A stretch of DNA of 62,943 nt, filler included, from Circinaria calcarea (GCA_051942165.1; 56 parts of 56 records of this genome joined end to end with filler, not necessarily neighbours in it), one strand, 5' to 3'; positions 23,255-35,949 are shown, counted from the first letter of the whole stretch. A program made the numbers and translations. Notes: generated by a model from the sequence alone, not told the origin.

Positions 23255-23680
23255 TCAATTGGCTAGGATCGTCCGCACGAGCTCTAATTCCGCCAATAGC
23301 ATTTAGCAAACCCAATTTTTCCAGAAACCGGAAAAGGCCGCGGGGAGATGGGGATGGGGAAATACCAGTGTAGTTGATCTCCCCACTACTCGTATCCACG
23401 GCCTTGAGCAACTCATCCACCTCCTCATCGCTCATTTTCTCACCCAGATTCGTCAAAACTATTTTCCCCCACACCCCATTAGCCTCCCTCAATTACCACT
23501 TTCCAACCCTACCACCGCACAAACCCCCGAGGGAATCCAAAGAAACACTTACTGTACCGCAACTGGCCCACGCCAATCACCCCCCTCATCTCCTTGTCAA
23601 ACACCTGAAAGCCGCGACAGTACTCCTCGGGCTCGCCGGGATCCCGGAACCCGCCCGGGCGGTTCAGCACGCGCGAAAAG
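23255..23680 (-). CDS. cdc4: Myosin light chain (Cdc4/Mlc1, EF-hand), 3' exons (introns 23459-23552 and 23284-23365)
   Basis: VLNRPGGFRDPGEPEEYCRGFQVFDKEMRGVIGVGQLRY|ILTNLGEKMSDEEVDELLKAVDTSSGEINYT|ELVRTILAN*. Confidence 0.92.
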
Positions 23681-24083
23681 NNNNNNNNNNNNNNNNNNNN
23701 NNNNNNNNNNNNNNNNNNNNNNNNTTAATTAATTAANNNNNNNNNNNNNNNNNNNNNNNNNNNNNNNNNNNNNNNNNNNNTATGTTTACTCTAGAGTAGT
23801 ATCTACAGGAGCCTTCTCCTCGCACGACTACCCGTTTTCTACAATGCCTCTTTCTGAAGTCGAGCCTAGACACGGCATGGTGAATGTCGGTCTTAATCAT
23901 TTTCTAGTCCTCGTCCTTATCCTTTGGAATACCATCTCGCAATGCAGAGGCGGCTTGTACCAGCTTCTCCGAACGCGGAGGGCGGTGTCGGATCATGCAT
24001 CCCTGGTCTTCTGGTAGGAGCTACATAAAATCTTATTTGTCTGTACATGTGCGTGGTGGGGCACATGAGCCCCTGTGCCGTGC

Positions 24084-24337
24084 CACGCGGGTGACAAAAT
24101 TCTCGGCACACCAAAACTTCTCCCCACCTAATTCTGCGCGACACAATGACATTTTTCCACTACACCACATACAATGCCTATGCAAAATGCCGAGGAAACG
24201 TCGAGTCACCTCTCCTATACTTGGAATCATGAATTCAATCTCGAATTTCCTACACCTACTAAGTAATTGTATGTGGTGTTGCGTAGAATTTAGGTGGGGC
24301 GGAGTTTTGGTGTGCCGAGAATTTTGTCACCCGCGTG
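24084..24337. mobile_element. MITE-like element with ~55-bp terminal inverted repeats
   Basis: CACGCGGGTGACAAAATTCTCGGCACACCAAAACT and its reverse complement; CGTGC direct repeat on both flanks. Confidence 0.8.
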
Positions 24338-24542
24338 CGTGCATTTCTCCACGTTTATACCCCGCATTCTGTTCCTAAAAACACGTCCCGGGAGCATCAA
24401 AGTCGGCCGTGATAAGCTCCGGCTTGTCAGCAATCCCCCAAGGCATCCGCAAGCGCACCAAATGTTTAGTGAAATATGTCTCTCGTCTATTGGCGTTCTT
24501 GTATCTTTTCTCATCCATCTGCGTTCTCCGTGAATCAACATT

Positions 24543-24808
24543 ATGTATTCAAGTAACGGTATAAACGGTACAGCTTCACTGCCACCCAAAGTGCTTGTAC
24601 CTGAGAAGCTGTCACCTGATGGCCTTTGCCTCTTACGAGAAAGCCTCGGAGTGGATGAACGTAGAGGACTATCGGCAGCAGAGCTCGAGAAGATCATTGG
24701 AGATTATGAGGCTCTAATTGTTCGCTCGGAGACCAAGGTAACATCTTCACTACTGACCGCAGGGAAGAGACTCAAGGTAGTGGCTAGAGCTGGGGTCGGA
24801 GTGGACAA
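24543..24808 (+). CDS. D-3-phosphoglycerate dehydrogenase, N-terminus
   Basis: KVLVPEKLSPDGL..YEALIVRSETKVT..LKVVARAGVGVD. Confidence 0.9.
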
Positions 24809-24908
24809 NNNNNNNNNNNNNNNNNNNNNNNNNNNNNNNNNNNNNNNNNNNNTTAATTAATTAANNNNNNNNNNNNNNNNNNNNNNNNNNNNNNNNNNNN
24901 NNNNNNNN

Positions 24909-25273
24909 GTCACGAGAACAGCCCATTGGCTGTGGGTGTGAATGCAGCAGCCGGCGCCGCGGTCGAAGGCAGCTAAGAACAATGGTGTACATTGTGAAGG
25001 TTTTAGGACGGGAGGTCTGCGTACATACGAACGCGAGGCATACTCGAGAACGAAAAGATTCGTTGGGTGCATCAGCTCTTTTTGAACTCCAGAAGGGGCA
25101 ATGAAAATGTGAGGGCCATCCCGGATCGAGGTACCGCCTCCGGTGCCCGTCACCCATCCTAACCCATAAAAGTTTCGGCAGAGCGTACAAATCAGATTGG
25201 CAGGATGTTGGGGGTCATCAGATGATATTAGATGATCATTGGTGTCGGCGTTGGATGCCTGTACGCCAGCCAT
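24909..25273 (-). CDS. MDE1: Methylthioribulose-1-phosphate dehydratase, N-terminus
   Basis: [57 protein letters not shown]. Confidence 0.95.
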
Positions 25274-25806
25274 ACCAGCAGCTTATGGTATGATGCTATA
25301 GATGCAGAACAGCAATAGAAGATAGAATACGCGAGACGATGAGGATGGAACGGAGATGGAGAAGCAATCCGACAGACGGCAGTGTGATGCAAAGCTAGGC
25401 TACGAAGGGGAAACGGCAAGTTCCAACATGTGACGACAGCTCTTGACAAGTAGAAAAGGTGGTTGATACGGCACAGGCTAGCTTAGATCCCTTTAAGGTG
25501 AACAGCTCTTGAAATAGAGGGCAACTGTAGATAGCAAAGAACATTCATACACTTGTAGAGTAGGCGGGTAGCAGATAGCAGATTCGCATCGGTGGGAAAT
25601 AGAAATTTCTTCGACCTTCGAATTTCCAAAAGCCGATACGCGCTAGCCTAGGGGAAGCTTCACAAGGACAGCTTGCAACTTTCACTTTCCCCACACCGGA
25701 GAGAGTTAATTCGTCTCTCTCTATCTGCTTCACAACTCTCCTCAAATAATTTCTCCGCTTGTGAATTGCCTTCATCCTGCGTATTTGCAAATAGCCCAAG
25801 TGCAAG

Positions 25807-25936
25807 ATGCGTTTCGATGCTGCTCTCGCTTCGGCGCTCTACTCCTCCGCGCTCTTCCTAGGACAGGTCCACGCCGACGAGGTTGATGCATCCGACTCCT
25901 CCCCTACTTCGCTAGCAGGGTCCTCCGCCTCCTCTC
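25807..25936 (+). CDS. Secretory protein N-terminus, calnexin-like
   Basis: MRFDAALASALYSSALFLGQVHADE resembles Pezizomycotina calnexin signal peptides; only 43 codons visible. Confidence 0.55.
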
Positions 25937-26127
25937 NNNNNNNNNNNNNNNNNNNNNNNNNNNNNNNNNNNNNNNNNNNNTTAATTAATTAANNNNNNNN
26001 NNNNNNNNNNNNNNNNNNNNNNNNNNNNNNNNNNNNAAAGGAATTAATAATAAAACCGGATTAATATTAATATATAATAGGAAAAATAATTTAAATAATA
26101 AAAAAAAATTTAAAAATATTAGCTCGG

Positions 26128-26499
26128 TGTAAGGGCGCTGCAATCCTTAAGGCCTAATAAGGAATATATTAAATCTCGATTGGTAATAACACGGTTATAT
26201 AGGATGTAGTTGAATTGTTGCCCTAGGCTTAATAATATAGAGTTTATTGAACACGGTCTATAAGCATGCTATTCTAAAGAGCGGGAATAGCCTATTATAT
26301 ATAACACCCTGCTCACCCTGCTCACTCTGCTTATCTCCCTGAGCACCATAAGCACACTGAGCACCCTGCTCACCCTGCTCACCCTGCTCATCTCCCTGAG
26401 CACCATAAGCACACTGAGCACCCCGGTGGTGTGGGTTCCTCCGGCCCGCGGTCCTTCCTGACCCGGTCTAGCGCATATCATGGCGGGCACGCCATAACA
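26128..26499 (-). mobile_element. LTR (family A), full length, within RIP-degraded AT-rich DNA
   Basis: TGTTATGGC...GCGCCCTTACA on the minus strand; shares its 3' half with 34471-34821 and 54647-55016. Confidence 0.88.
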
Positions 26500-27305
26500 A
26501 GAATTTATAATTTAATATAAATAAAAAACGGCGAAGAATAGAAAATAATATTTAAAACCTATTAAATTATATTATTCGGATTCATAAATATATCAGCAAC
26601 ATTCTAAATATTAATAAATAAAATATTATATAAATATTTAGATTTATTTATAGTTGCTTATTTAAATAATATTTTTATTTTTTTAAATACCGAGGAAAAA
26701 TATATTAAATATATTATTTCCGTCCTAAAAAAATTAGAAAAAACTAAATTTAAAATAAAATTAAAAAAATATATATTTTATTCTTAATAAATTAAGTTCT
26801 TAGGGTATATTATCACGTTAAGAAAAATAAAAATAAATTTATCCAAAATTATAATAATTATAAAATAACCCACGTTAAAAAGTATAAAAAATATATAATT
26901 CTTTTTAGAATTAATTAATTTTTATCGATAATATATTAATAATTATTCTAAAGAGGTAATATTATTAATAAATATAATTAAAAAAAATTATTTCTTCCGA
27001 TAAATAAAAAAAGAATAAAAAATATTTAATTAATTTAAATAAAAATTCGCCGCGAAATTAATACNNNNNNNNNNNNNNNNNNNNNNNNNNNNNNNNNNNN
27101 NNNNNNNNTTAATTAATTAANNNNNNNNNNNNNNNNNNNNNNNNNNNNNNNNNNNNNNNNNNNNTAGCGTAGATAGAAGCTTGGCATCAAAGCCGGTGTC
27201 TGAGCTACAACATTTCTCGAGAATATCTGTCATATCTAAAGTTCACATCCAAACCTTTCCAAGACAATTCCTCTTTCCCTACTGAAAATTCTGGTTAGCC
27301 GTATC

Positions 27306-28082
27306 ATGGACTATCAGGTATACTGCTCTTCTCTCTGTCCGTGGGTCCAAGGGAGCTGACGTCAGGTGAACATATAGAACCGGGCAGGCAGCAAGTTTGG
27401 CGGCGGCGGGGTCGCATCATACTCGAGCACAAACGCGGATCGACGTGAACGACTACGAAAACTCGCACTCGAAACGATTGACCTTGATAAAGACCCTTAC
27501 TTCTTCAAGAACCATGTCGGATCCTTCGAGTGTCGGCTCTGCCTTACCGTTCACCAGAATGATGGCTCCTATCTCGCGCACACCCAGGGCCGAAAGCATC
27601 AAACGAACCTTGCCCGTCGAGCAGCTAGAGAGCAAAAGGAAGGAAGAGCGCAGGATGCCAACATGCTAGGGGTCAACATGGGAGTGCAAGTGAGGAAGAA
27701 TATGGTGAAGATCGGGAGACCTGGCTACAAGATTACAAAGACTCGTGATCCTTTGACGAGGCAGCATGGACTCTTGTTTCAGCTCCAGTATCCAGAAATT
27801 ACCCCGGGAGTAGTGCCGAGAGTAAGGTTCATGTCGGCGTTTGAGCAGAAAGTCGACGACCCACCTGATAAGAATTATCAGTATCTACTAGTTGCTGCTG
27901 AGCCATATGAGACATGCGGCTTTAAGCTGCAGGCCAGAGAAGTGGATAGAAGAGAAGGCAGATTTTGGTCTTGGTTTGACGAGGATAGTAAGGAGTTTTG
28001 GGTCCAGGTGCTGTTCAAGACGGAACGTGAGGAGAGATATAGTGGTGTACCCGGTCTCGCTCCCAGTGGTCCGAGGCGGTAG
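27306..28082 (+). CDS. SF3A2: Splicing factor 3A subunit 2 (SAP62/Prp11), complete; intron 27318-27377
   Basis: MDYQ|NRAGSKFGGGGVAS..DRRERLRKLALETID..ECRLCLTVHQNDGSYLAHTQGRKHQTNL..KIGRPGYK..RFMSAFEQ. Confidence 0.96.
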
Positions 28083-28293
28083 AGTTGTAGCTCGCAGGAT
28101 ACATTTCCGGCGACATATTGTTGATTCGCCCTTTGGGGACTATTCGATAGAGCACAGTGCAGAAGATACCCGGCACTACGAAGCAGGTCATCNNNNNNNN
28201 NNNNNNNNNNNNNNNNNNNNNNNNNNNNNNNNNNNNTTAATTAATTAANNNNNNNNNNNNNNNNNNNNNNNNNNNNNNNNNNNNNNNNNNNNG

Positions 28294-29320
28294 CTCACTG
28301 AACGGCCTCAGGAAGGATCTCGAGCTCTACGAGAAGCAGCTTCTCTTGCCCCAGACCATCCATCAGTCAAAGCTGCGTTCTTGAAAATAAGATCCGACGA
28401 CTCTGTTAACCCTCTGGTCAGACTGTTCCAGAGGCTTACCGAGGACAGCGACAGTACAGCTGGAGAAGAAGCGCTGCGATACCTCCATGGCGGGGGCGGG
28501 GAAATTTCAGACACCGTCGCCGAGCGGTGTCTCCGGGCATTAATCGAGAAAGTGAATGTAACGGATCCCAAGACTCGAGATGATCTCTTGTCCGGTCTGC
28601 TGCGACAATGTCTTGGGGCAAGGGCATATCTTGCCAAGCAGTTGCAAAAAGATATGACCATACTTTTCGAGGAGATGTACGAGATTGGAGACGGCTCAGC
28701 TAACGGAATAGCGACGGTGGTACTTGACCCAGCAGCATGGTCCACCGATTCTGCTCGGGAAACCTGCGAGAGAGACGTCTTCCAGCTCTTTGTAGCCAAG
28801 TTATTCCAATCGGGACACGACTACAACGGCAGAGCACTGAGGGGTATTTCCAGGTTACTGGCGGTCAATGCAGAAAAGCTCAAAAGTCTTATAGATTACG
28901 AAGTCTTCGAAGTTATCTTAGCGTCCTTGGACCACAGACTGGGCGTAGAAATACGAAGTCAAGCCACCTTGGCGATGGCCAAGTATCTAGAAGTCTCCCA
29001 AGAAAAGGGCCAGGAATACTTATCTACCTTTATCGCTACGCGAGTGGAGCGGCACACCAATGCTGATCTCATCGTTGCCTTTTCTGCTGCCGCTACCGTC
29101 TTTCCAATGGTACCATCCATCGCTTCTGCACTGTTCTTGACCGATGGCTTCATCCCAACGCTGGTCCCCCTACTGCAGAAGAAAGCTAAAGTAACGGCCG
29201 TAGAGCAAGCTGCGCTTGATCTGCTGAACGCTGCTTGTATTGATAGTACCTGTCGAGAGGCCATTTCCAATCACTGCCTGGACTGGCTACACGAGATTGT
29301 CAAAGGGGATGAAGTAAAAC
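28294..29320 (+). CDS. UCS-domain myosin chaperone (CRO1/She4/Rng3), internal fragment
   Basis: Long ARM-like ORF: ALREAASLAPD, EIGDGSAN, RSQATLAMAKYL, IVAFSAAATVFP..LFLTDGF, LLNAACID. Confidence 0.75.
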
Positions 29321-29420
29321 NNNNNNNNNNNNNNNNNNNNNNNNNNNNNNNNNNNNNNNNNNNNTTAATTAATTAANNNNNNNNNNNNNNNNNNNNNNNN
29401 NNNNNNNNNNNNNNNNNNNN

Positions 29421-29670
29421 AATATATTCCGAAATAATATTTGAATAAAATATAATTTAATATTTTTAATATTTTCTTAAAATATTTTTAATTAGATTAT
29501 ATTTTCTGGCGGTGGCTTATATATTCGGGCGTAATTAAATATTTAAATTTATAAAAACTAAATTAATTGGAGCTATATTAATGGAGTAATGGATTTTTTA
29601 AAATAGTGGTTGGAATGCGGGGAAAATGCGGCATCGGGCCGGGTGCGGCATCGCTTAGGGATATCTGGTA
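29421..29670. mobile_element. DNA transposon end (same family as 18409-18562)
   Basis: Subterminal direct repeat TGCGGCATCG x2, terminus CTGG followed by TA; AT-rich interior. Confidence 0.65.
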
Positions 29671-29873
29671 AGCTGCAATCCCGATTACGGAGTAAATTAG
29701 CCGATATAAAATAAGGCATCCCACGGCAGATGAAAAGGCGGGGGATTGCTACAGGAAATTGTTAAATGTTCAGTCTAGAGCAGCATTACGACCTCGCATT
29801 ACAACAGTAGTAAAAAGTTCTCGCTATTTTGCAGTTTCCAATCTTCTCGCTGTTGCTACGACAGCGCTTAACA

Positions 29874-30447
29874 ATGAGTGACGTTCAGTACCTTTCGGAC
29901 CGTGAGATAGAAGAATTCTTAGACGACATCGACAAAAACAAAGATGGAAACATTGAATACTCCGAGATCGAACATAAATTGGATGAAGTCCATAAGGAAA
30001 TTGCCCCCGAAGCGAAGCCTCACCATCTTCATCACGAGAGTTTGGGAGACGAAGCACGCCATGCATTCCTGCGCAGTATGATTGGGTCAAAGGAGAATCG
30101 AATACCAAGACACGAATTCGCAACCGTCGTTCGAGGTTGGAGGATTCCCTCATTGGAACAGGACAAGAAGGAAGAGCAAAATGAGAAAAACTACCTAAAG
30201 TCGCTCGCTTGGTGGCGACGCGCTCGCTCCTATTTTGCAGTCCACGGTCCGGAGATCATGTTCCTCGCCCTTGTCGTATCAATGCACCTTGCGTTTAGTA
30301 TATGGCAGATGGTCAAATACCTCACTCAAATGGAGGTTCGGCATGCTTTTGGATGGGGAGTCGTCCTGGCTAAGACGTGCGCCGGCGCTCTATATCCGGC
30401 ATTCTTCTTCTTAATCCTATCAATGTCAAGATACTTCTCTACATATC
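29874..30447 (+). CDS. noxC: EF-hand NADPH oxidase (NoxC/Nox3), N-terminus
   Basis: EF-hand DKNKDGNIEYSE, PHHLHH, WRIPSLEQD, then ferric-reductase TM GWGVVLAKTCAGALYP..SMSR. Confidence 0.85.
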
Positions 30448-31096
30448 NNNNNNNNNNNNNNNNNNNNNNNNNNNNNNNNNNNNNNNNNNNNTTAATTAAT
30501 TAANNNNNNNNNNNNNNNNNNNNNNNNNNNNNNNNNNNNNNNNNNNNGTTGTGTGCTCCGAGCGGCTGTATGTGACTGGATGTACTACAAGAGTGGCCGG
30601 CTGGTCTTAGAGGGCTGTGTAATAGATCGCCAGTCAGAGGGAGGTTATCTCGATCCAAGCGCCAATAAAGCCGGAACTCGTCGCTCTCGGGGAGGGGATT
30701 AGCTTGAAACCGTTGCTGTACGAGATGAGGGCAAGGAAGACTTTGAGAGCAAATAAAACTACCAGAAAAAGACAAGAAATGTCAGAGGAGTAGACTTTGC
30801 ACGTGCCAGGGGCTGTTGGCAATCTAATGATAGCCGCTTCGCCACTGTGTTCTTGAATAGTCCTTACACATCACCATCATACCAAAGTCTTGCTGCACTA
30901 GTTGCTACAGGCCGTATATACTTGAACGCGACCCCTACCTGAAGCAGGGTATCAGACTGATTCCATGTGGTCCGTCTCTTTTCCAAGTCCAAAGCGAATG
31001 GATGGGCCCTTGCTGTAACCAACCAACTCCTCGTTTTCTCATGTCCCTTCATGGTACGAAGTAACTCTGGACAAGCAGGACATGCAGAGTAGTAAT

Positions 31097-31573
31097 ATGT
31101 CCGTCGAAATAATGCCACCGCAACTTCCCAATCATAAACTTTCCAATGCCAGCCGAGCATTGTTGGGGTTCACCCTTGCAACATTTCTGGCATTCTTGCA
31201 CCGGCGTTTCTACAAAGATAGAGAATCCGCGAAAATCAAAGAAGGTCAAGATGACGAGCTTGCAGAACCTTCAATACTTAAGAACAATTCCAGCTTCGAG
31301 TCATACTCCACATCCTTTGCGACATATCCACGCATTAGAACATTCTATCACCGTCATCCTCAGGCGGGAAAGCTGCCGAAAGAACCAAGTCCATTGCCCC
31401 TGCTTGTATTCGTGCATGGTCTTGGAGGGTCCATGGCGCAATTCGCTCCACTACTAGGCAGCCTGGTCAATGTCGCGCCTTGCGTTGGTATTGATATGCC
31501 TGGCTGTGGCCTTTCAGATTTCCAGCCAAGGTCACGGGTTGCTTACACAACAGAGGCTCTCGTCGCTTTGTAC
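31097..31573 (+). CDS. Alpha/beta hydrolase, N-terminus
   Basis: PLLVFVHGLGGSMAQF, GIDMPGCGLS, YTTEAL. Confidence 0.85.
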
Positions 31574-32799
31574 NNNNNNNNNNNNNNNNNNNNNNNNNNN
31601 NNNNNNNNNNNNNNNNNTTAATTAATTAANNNNNNNNNNNNNNNNNNNNNNNNNNNNNNNNNNNNNNNNNNNNCCCCAATCACCCTCAATCCTCATCCTT
31701 CCCCCCGTCTCCCCTAGGGTTTGTTAGGCACGCCGTCCCTTGACCCTTCTTGCTATTGAAATGTGGCAGAACGAGTGGTTTTCCATGTAGAAGTTCTACC
31801 CACCCGCGCATTCCATGCCGAATGCTCCCGGCGGGTTATGGAACCCTGTGTTTTACATGTTTTGCTGCTTCCGCTTCAAAGCGGGCAAGCTCCAGGGTCA
31901 TGACCGCCATAAATACCACTACAACCCCATCGTATTTTGATAGCTTCTGACCATTCAATAACCTTTCCCAAATGCTTATGCACAACGTGACCGTCGGCGT
32001 TTCATCGTTTGCAAGATCATGTTGAAATTGAAAGATGGAAATCTGCTGGTGCATGTGTGGATGTGCTCCCGATTGCGCTCAATCCTGCCCTTATGACTTT
32101 CTCGTGGTGATTTCCCTAATCCAGCATTGGATATTCTTCGTATATATACCGCCAAAATCTCAAAGCCATGTTCGTTATTCGTTCATCATACTTTTGGCAA
32201 TTACTTCATTTGCATAGCCTTTTTTTAAGGATTATCTTTTGATCCGCGGATGGAGTTTTACAGAGACGGGGGACTACGATACACTCTTTAGCGTTTTCTT
32301 GTCCCATTTAAATCCGGCGTTGTCTGTCATGAACTGGGACTGAAAAGAGGATATCACCATAGACTTACCTTTTATACATGTATGTTAATCCGACAGTTGG
32401 AAGAAGGAGGCAGAATGTTGAGGTGTGTCTGCACAAGGAACTCGGAAGGAGAATTGGGAAATACTAAATCAGGGTTTAGCTAGATTAAGTATAGGATAAT
32501 AGATGGGAAGTCAATCACTCACTTTCCATGACTTAAATAGGACCATTTTCTCTCTTGCGGGCCAAATGAATGTATTGTCCGTCAAGATCACTTTGATTTT
32601 TATTTTTTCTCTTCCTTCCATTCCCTCCCCCTCCTTCTCTTCTACTTCAACTCCATCCTATTCCATCCCATCCTATCCTATCATCTCCTCTCCCCCCCNN
32701 NNNNNNNNNNNNNNNNNNNNNNNNNNNNNNNNNNNNNNNNNNTTAATTAATTAANNNNNNNNNNNNNNNNNNNNNNNNNNNNNNNNNNNNNNNNNNNNC

Positions 32800-33823
32800 T
32801 CCCATTCCCCCAGCAGCAACCTCAAGCGCTCCGACCCCTTCCAATTCGGCTCCCGCTACCTCCTCCCCACCGACGACCCCTACGAATTCAACGCCTGGGA
32901 CCAGGTCGAGACCGACGCCGCCTACGACTCCTACGCCGAAGCCCAGTACTCATTCCAGCGCAGCCACGCGGTGTCCGCCTTCGACGCCGCGCGCTTCAAC
33001 AGCGCGCCCGAGAAATGGTGGGATCGGTTCTACGGCCACCACACGGCGAATTTCTTCAAGGACCGCAAGTGGCTGAAGCAGGAGTTTCCGATCCTCGAGC
33101 GGTTGACGCGCAGACCCGAGGGCGGGGCGGAGGAAGGGAGGACCCGGGTGCAGATATTAGAGGTCGGCGCGGGGGCAGGGAATACCGCTTTCCCGATTCT
33201 TCGGGCGAACGAGAACCCTCACCTGCTCATCCACGCGTGCGATTTCTCCAGGAGGGCAGTAGAGCTGATCCGATCCGATCCCGATTACGACCCTGCGCAT
33301 ATCCGCGCCGAAGTCTGGGATATTGCGTCCGCGACCGAGACACTTCCCCCAGGCGTCGACGAGGGCAGCATTGACGTGGTGCTTCTGATTTTCATCTTCA
33401 GCGCACTGAATCCTTCGCAGTGGGACCAGGCCGTCCGAAACGTGTGGAAGGCGCTGAAACCGGGCGGAGAGCTTTGTTTGAGGGATTATGGCAGAGGGGA
33501 CCTCGCGCAGGTCAGATTCAAGAAGGGAAGGTGGTTAGAGGATAACTTCTACGTGAGAGGGGACGGAACCAGGGTTTACTTCTTCGAGGCGGAGGAGCTG
33601 AAAGGAATCTGGGGCCGTAAGTTAGACCAGAGGGAAAGGCCGGGAGGAGAAGGAAGCGAGTGTAGAGTAGGGGATGAAGGGGTAAAGGATCGGAAACAGG
33701 ACAAGTCCGAGGGGGATTCGCTGAATGTGACGAATAGTAAAAGTGAGGATGACGATCCCTCGTCCACGCCAAAGCCCGTCTTTGAGACCTTGAATCTAGG
33801 AGTCGATAGAAGGCTACTCGTCA
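32800..33823 (+). CDS. ABP140: tRNA m3C methyltransferase (Abp140/Trm140, METTL2-like), internal fragment
   Basis: DPFQFGSRYL, FNAWD, WDRFY..FFKDRKWL, LEVGAGAGNT, RDYGRGDLAQVRF, FYVRGDGTRVYFF. Confidence 0.93.
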
Positions 33824-34470
33824 NNNNNNNNNNNNNNNNNNNNNNNNNNNNNNNNNNNNNNNNNNNNTTAATTAATTAANNNNNNNNNNNNNNNNNNNNN
33901 NNNNNNNNNNNNNNNNNNNNNNNGAATAATTATACGAAATTAAATATATAATTCGTAAAATTACGCCGGGGTAATATTTTCCGTATATAAAGAAGCCTAA
34001 AATTAATCCGTAATAAAATACCCCCCTTAAAAAAATACCAGCGTTTTTATTAATAATAATAATATATAATTTATTTTTTATATTATATATATATTTTCCT
34101 TTTATATAATAATAATTTAATTCGGTTAAGGACCCGTTGAATTATAAAGGTTTTATTTTTTATATTTTATATATTTTTTCTCCACGGCTTGCCCAATTAA
34201 CGGCGGCGGTATATAAACGGCGGAATATATATCGTAATAATAATAGAAAATAACCGGAAATAATTATTATTATATAAATATTCGAATAGCTGATTTTTAA
34301 AAGAAAAAATATTTTTATATATTTAATATATATATATAATAATATTATGGCGCGACGCTATACCCTAATAGGCCGAGTGCCGGAACGGGGGAATTAAGAG
34401 CCGGGGGGCTCCTGAGTGCTCCTAAGACTTAATAAGGAATAATGGAAATATATTATAAATTATGCTCCCG

Positions 34471-34821
34471 TGTTATGGCGCTACGCCATACTGATTACAG
34501 CCTAGCAAGGTTACGGGACGGAACGGGGCAACGTGGGAGCGATGCTCTCGTTGCTCAGTTGTGTAACTATAGGGAGCAAAGAGAGCATCCCTATGCTCAG
34601 GTGTGCTCGGGTTGTGAGCAAAGGGAGTAACCAGAGTAACCATACTATATAGGCAGGCTATTCTGCGCTCATTAGAATAGCATGCTTATAGACCGTGTTC
34701 AATAGACTCCATACTATTAAGTTTAGAACAACAATTCAACTACACCCTATATAACCGTGCTATCACCAATCGGGACTTATTATATTCCTCAATAGGCCCC
34801 AAGGATTGCAGCGCCCTTACA
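34471..34821 (+). mobile_element. Solo LTR (family A) with 5-bp target site duplication TCCCG
   Basis: TGTTA...TTACA; TCCCG at 34466-34470 and 34822-34826; nested in RIP-degraded DNA, including an older LTR-like start at 34343. Confidence 0.9.
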
Positions 34822-35048
34822 TCCCGGTGGCTCCTAGGAATTCTAAAAAATAAAAAAATTATTAAAAAATATTAATATTATATAAATAAATTATTCTACG
34901 TTTTTTAAAATAATATATTTATAAATTATATTTAATATTATTTATTAANNNNNNNNNNNNNNNNNNNNNNNNNNNNNNNNNNNNNNNNNNNNTTAATTAA
35001 TTAANNNNNNNNNNNNNNNNNNNNNNNNNNNNNNNNNNNNNNNNNNNN

Positions 35049-35267
35049 GTTCAGCTCTCCTTCCCCCCGCCTCCCCTCTGCACCGACAACGCAGCCATGA
35101 TCGCCTGGACGGGACTCGAAATGTACGAAGCCGGCTATGAGAGCGAGTTGAGCTGCCAGGCGCTGAGGAAATGGTCGATTGATGAGGGAACGGATGATGG
35201 AGGGATTTTGGGGGTGGGGGGTTGGAAGCGCAGGGATGAATACCAAGTGTGGAACGGGGAGGAGTAG
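35049..35267 (+). CDS. QRI7: Mitochondrial t6A threonylcarbamoyltransferase, C-terminus
   Basis: FPPPPLCTDNAAMIAWTGLEMYEAG..ALRKWSID..DGGILGVGGW. Confidence 0.88.
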   Translation, partial: VQLSFPPPPLCTDNAAMIAWTGLEMYEAGYESELSCQALRKWSIDEGTDDGGILGVGGWKRRDEYQVWNGEE

Positions 35268-35733
35268 AATGTCTTTGAGGGGGATAGGGAAATGAAAACA
35301 TTCTTTGGGCAGAAGAGGAAAAAGGGGCGGGCGTATGTAGTTGAGAGGATATGAGACCATAGCTCGCAAAATCCTTATCCAAGCAGCGAGAAGTATTAAG
35401 AATCAATCAACCTTCGAAGAATACCATAAATCCGAACAAGGGGAAAACTCCTCCATTCCCACCCGAACCGGTTCCGGTAATCTCCAACCCATAGATTCCA
35501 TCTCAGCATGCTGCATCCACATCCACGGAAGCCCACACCCAAACTAGAAAGGCCCCTCTTCCCCCCCCTTTTTCTTTTGTTTCTTTTTTTTGGGCAAAAA
35601 GAAAGAAAGAAGGAAAAAAAAACGGAGTTAAAATTTTTTCACTTTTAATTTAAAACCCAAGTACTGATTTCACTTCACTTCCGGAGGATGGAGGATGGAT
35701 TGGGGGTATCTCTCCTCCCCTTCCCTCCTCTTC

Positions 35734-35781
35734 CCTACTTACTTACTTACCTACCTACCTACCTACCTACCTACCTACCTA
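35734..35781. repeat. (CTAC/TTAC)n microsatellite
   Basis: Directly visible. Confidence 0.9.
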
Positions 35782-35880
35782 CGGGGCTTATTCATGGGGC
35801 TTGGTGAAAAAGCAAATTATAGATTTAAATTCGCGGGAGTTTTGGGGGGGGAGGTTGTTCAAAATATGCCCGGGAAGCTG

Positions 35881-35949
35881 GGAACGGAACGGAACGGAAC
35901 GAAACGGAACGGAACGGAACGGAACGGAACGGAACGAAACGGAACGGAA
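35881..35949. repeat. (GGAAC)n microsatellite
   Basis: Directly visible. Confidence 0.92.

Noticed and set aside
26123..26504. TSD around the 26128-26499 LTR
   Set aside because: Flanks CTCGG and AGAAT do not match, so it is not called a clean solo LTR
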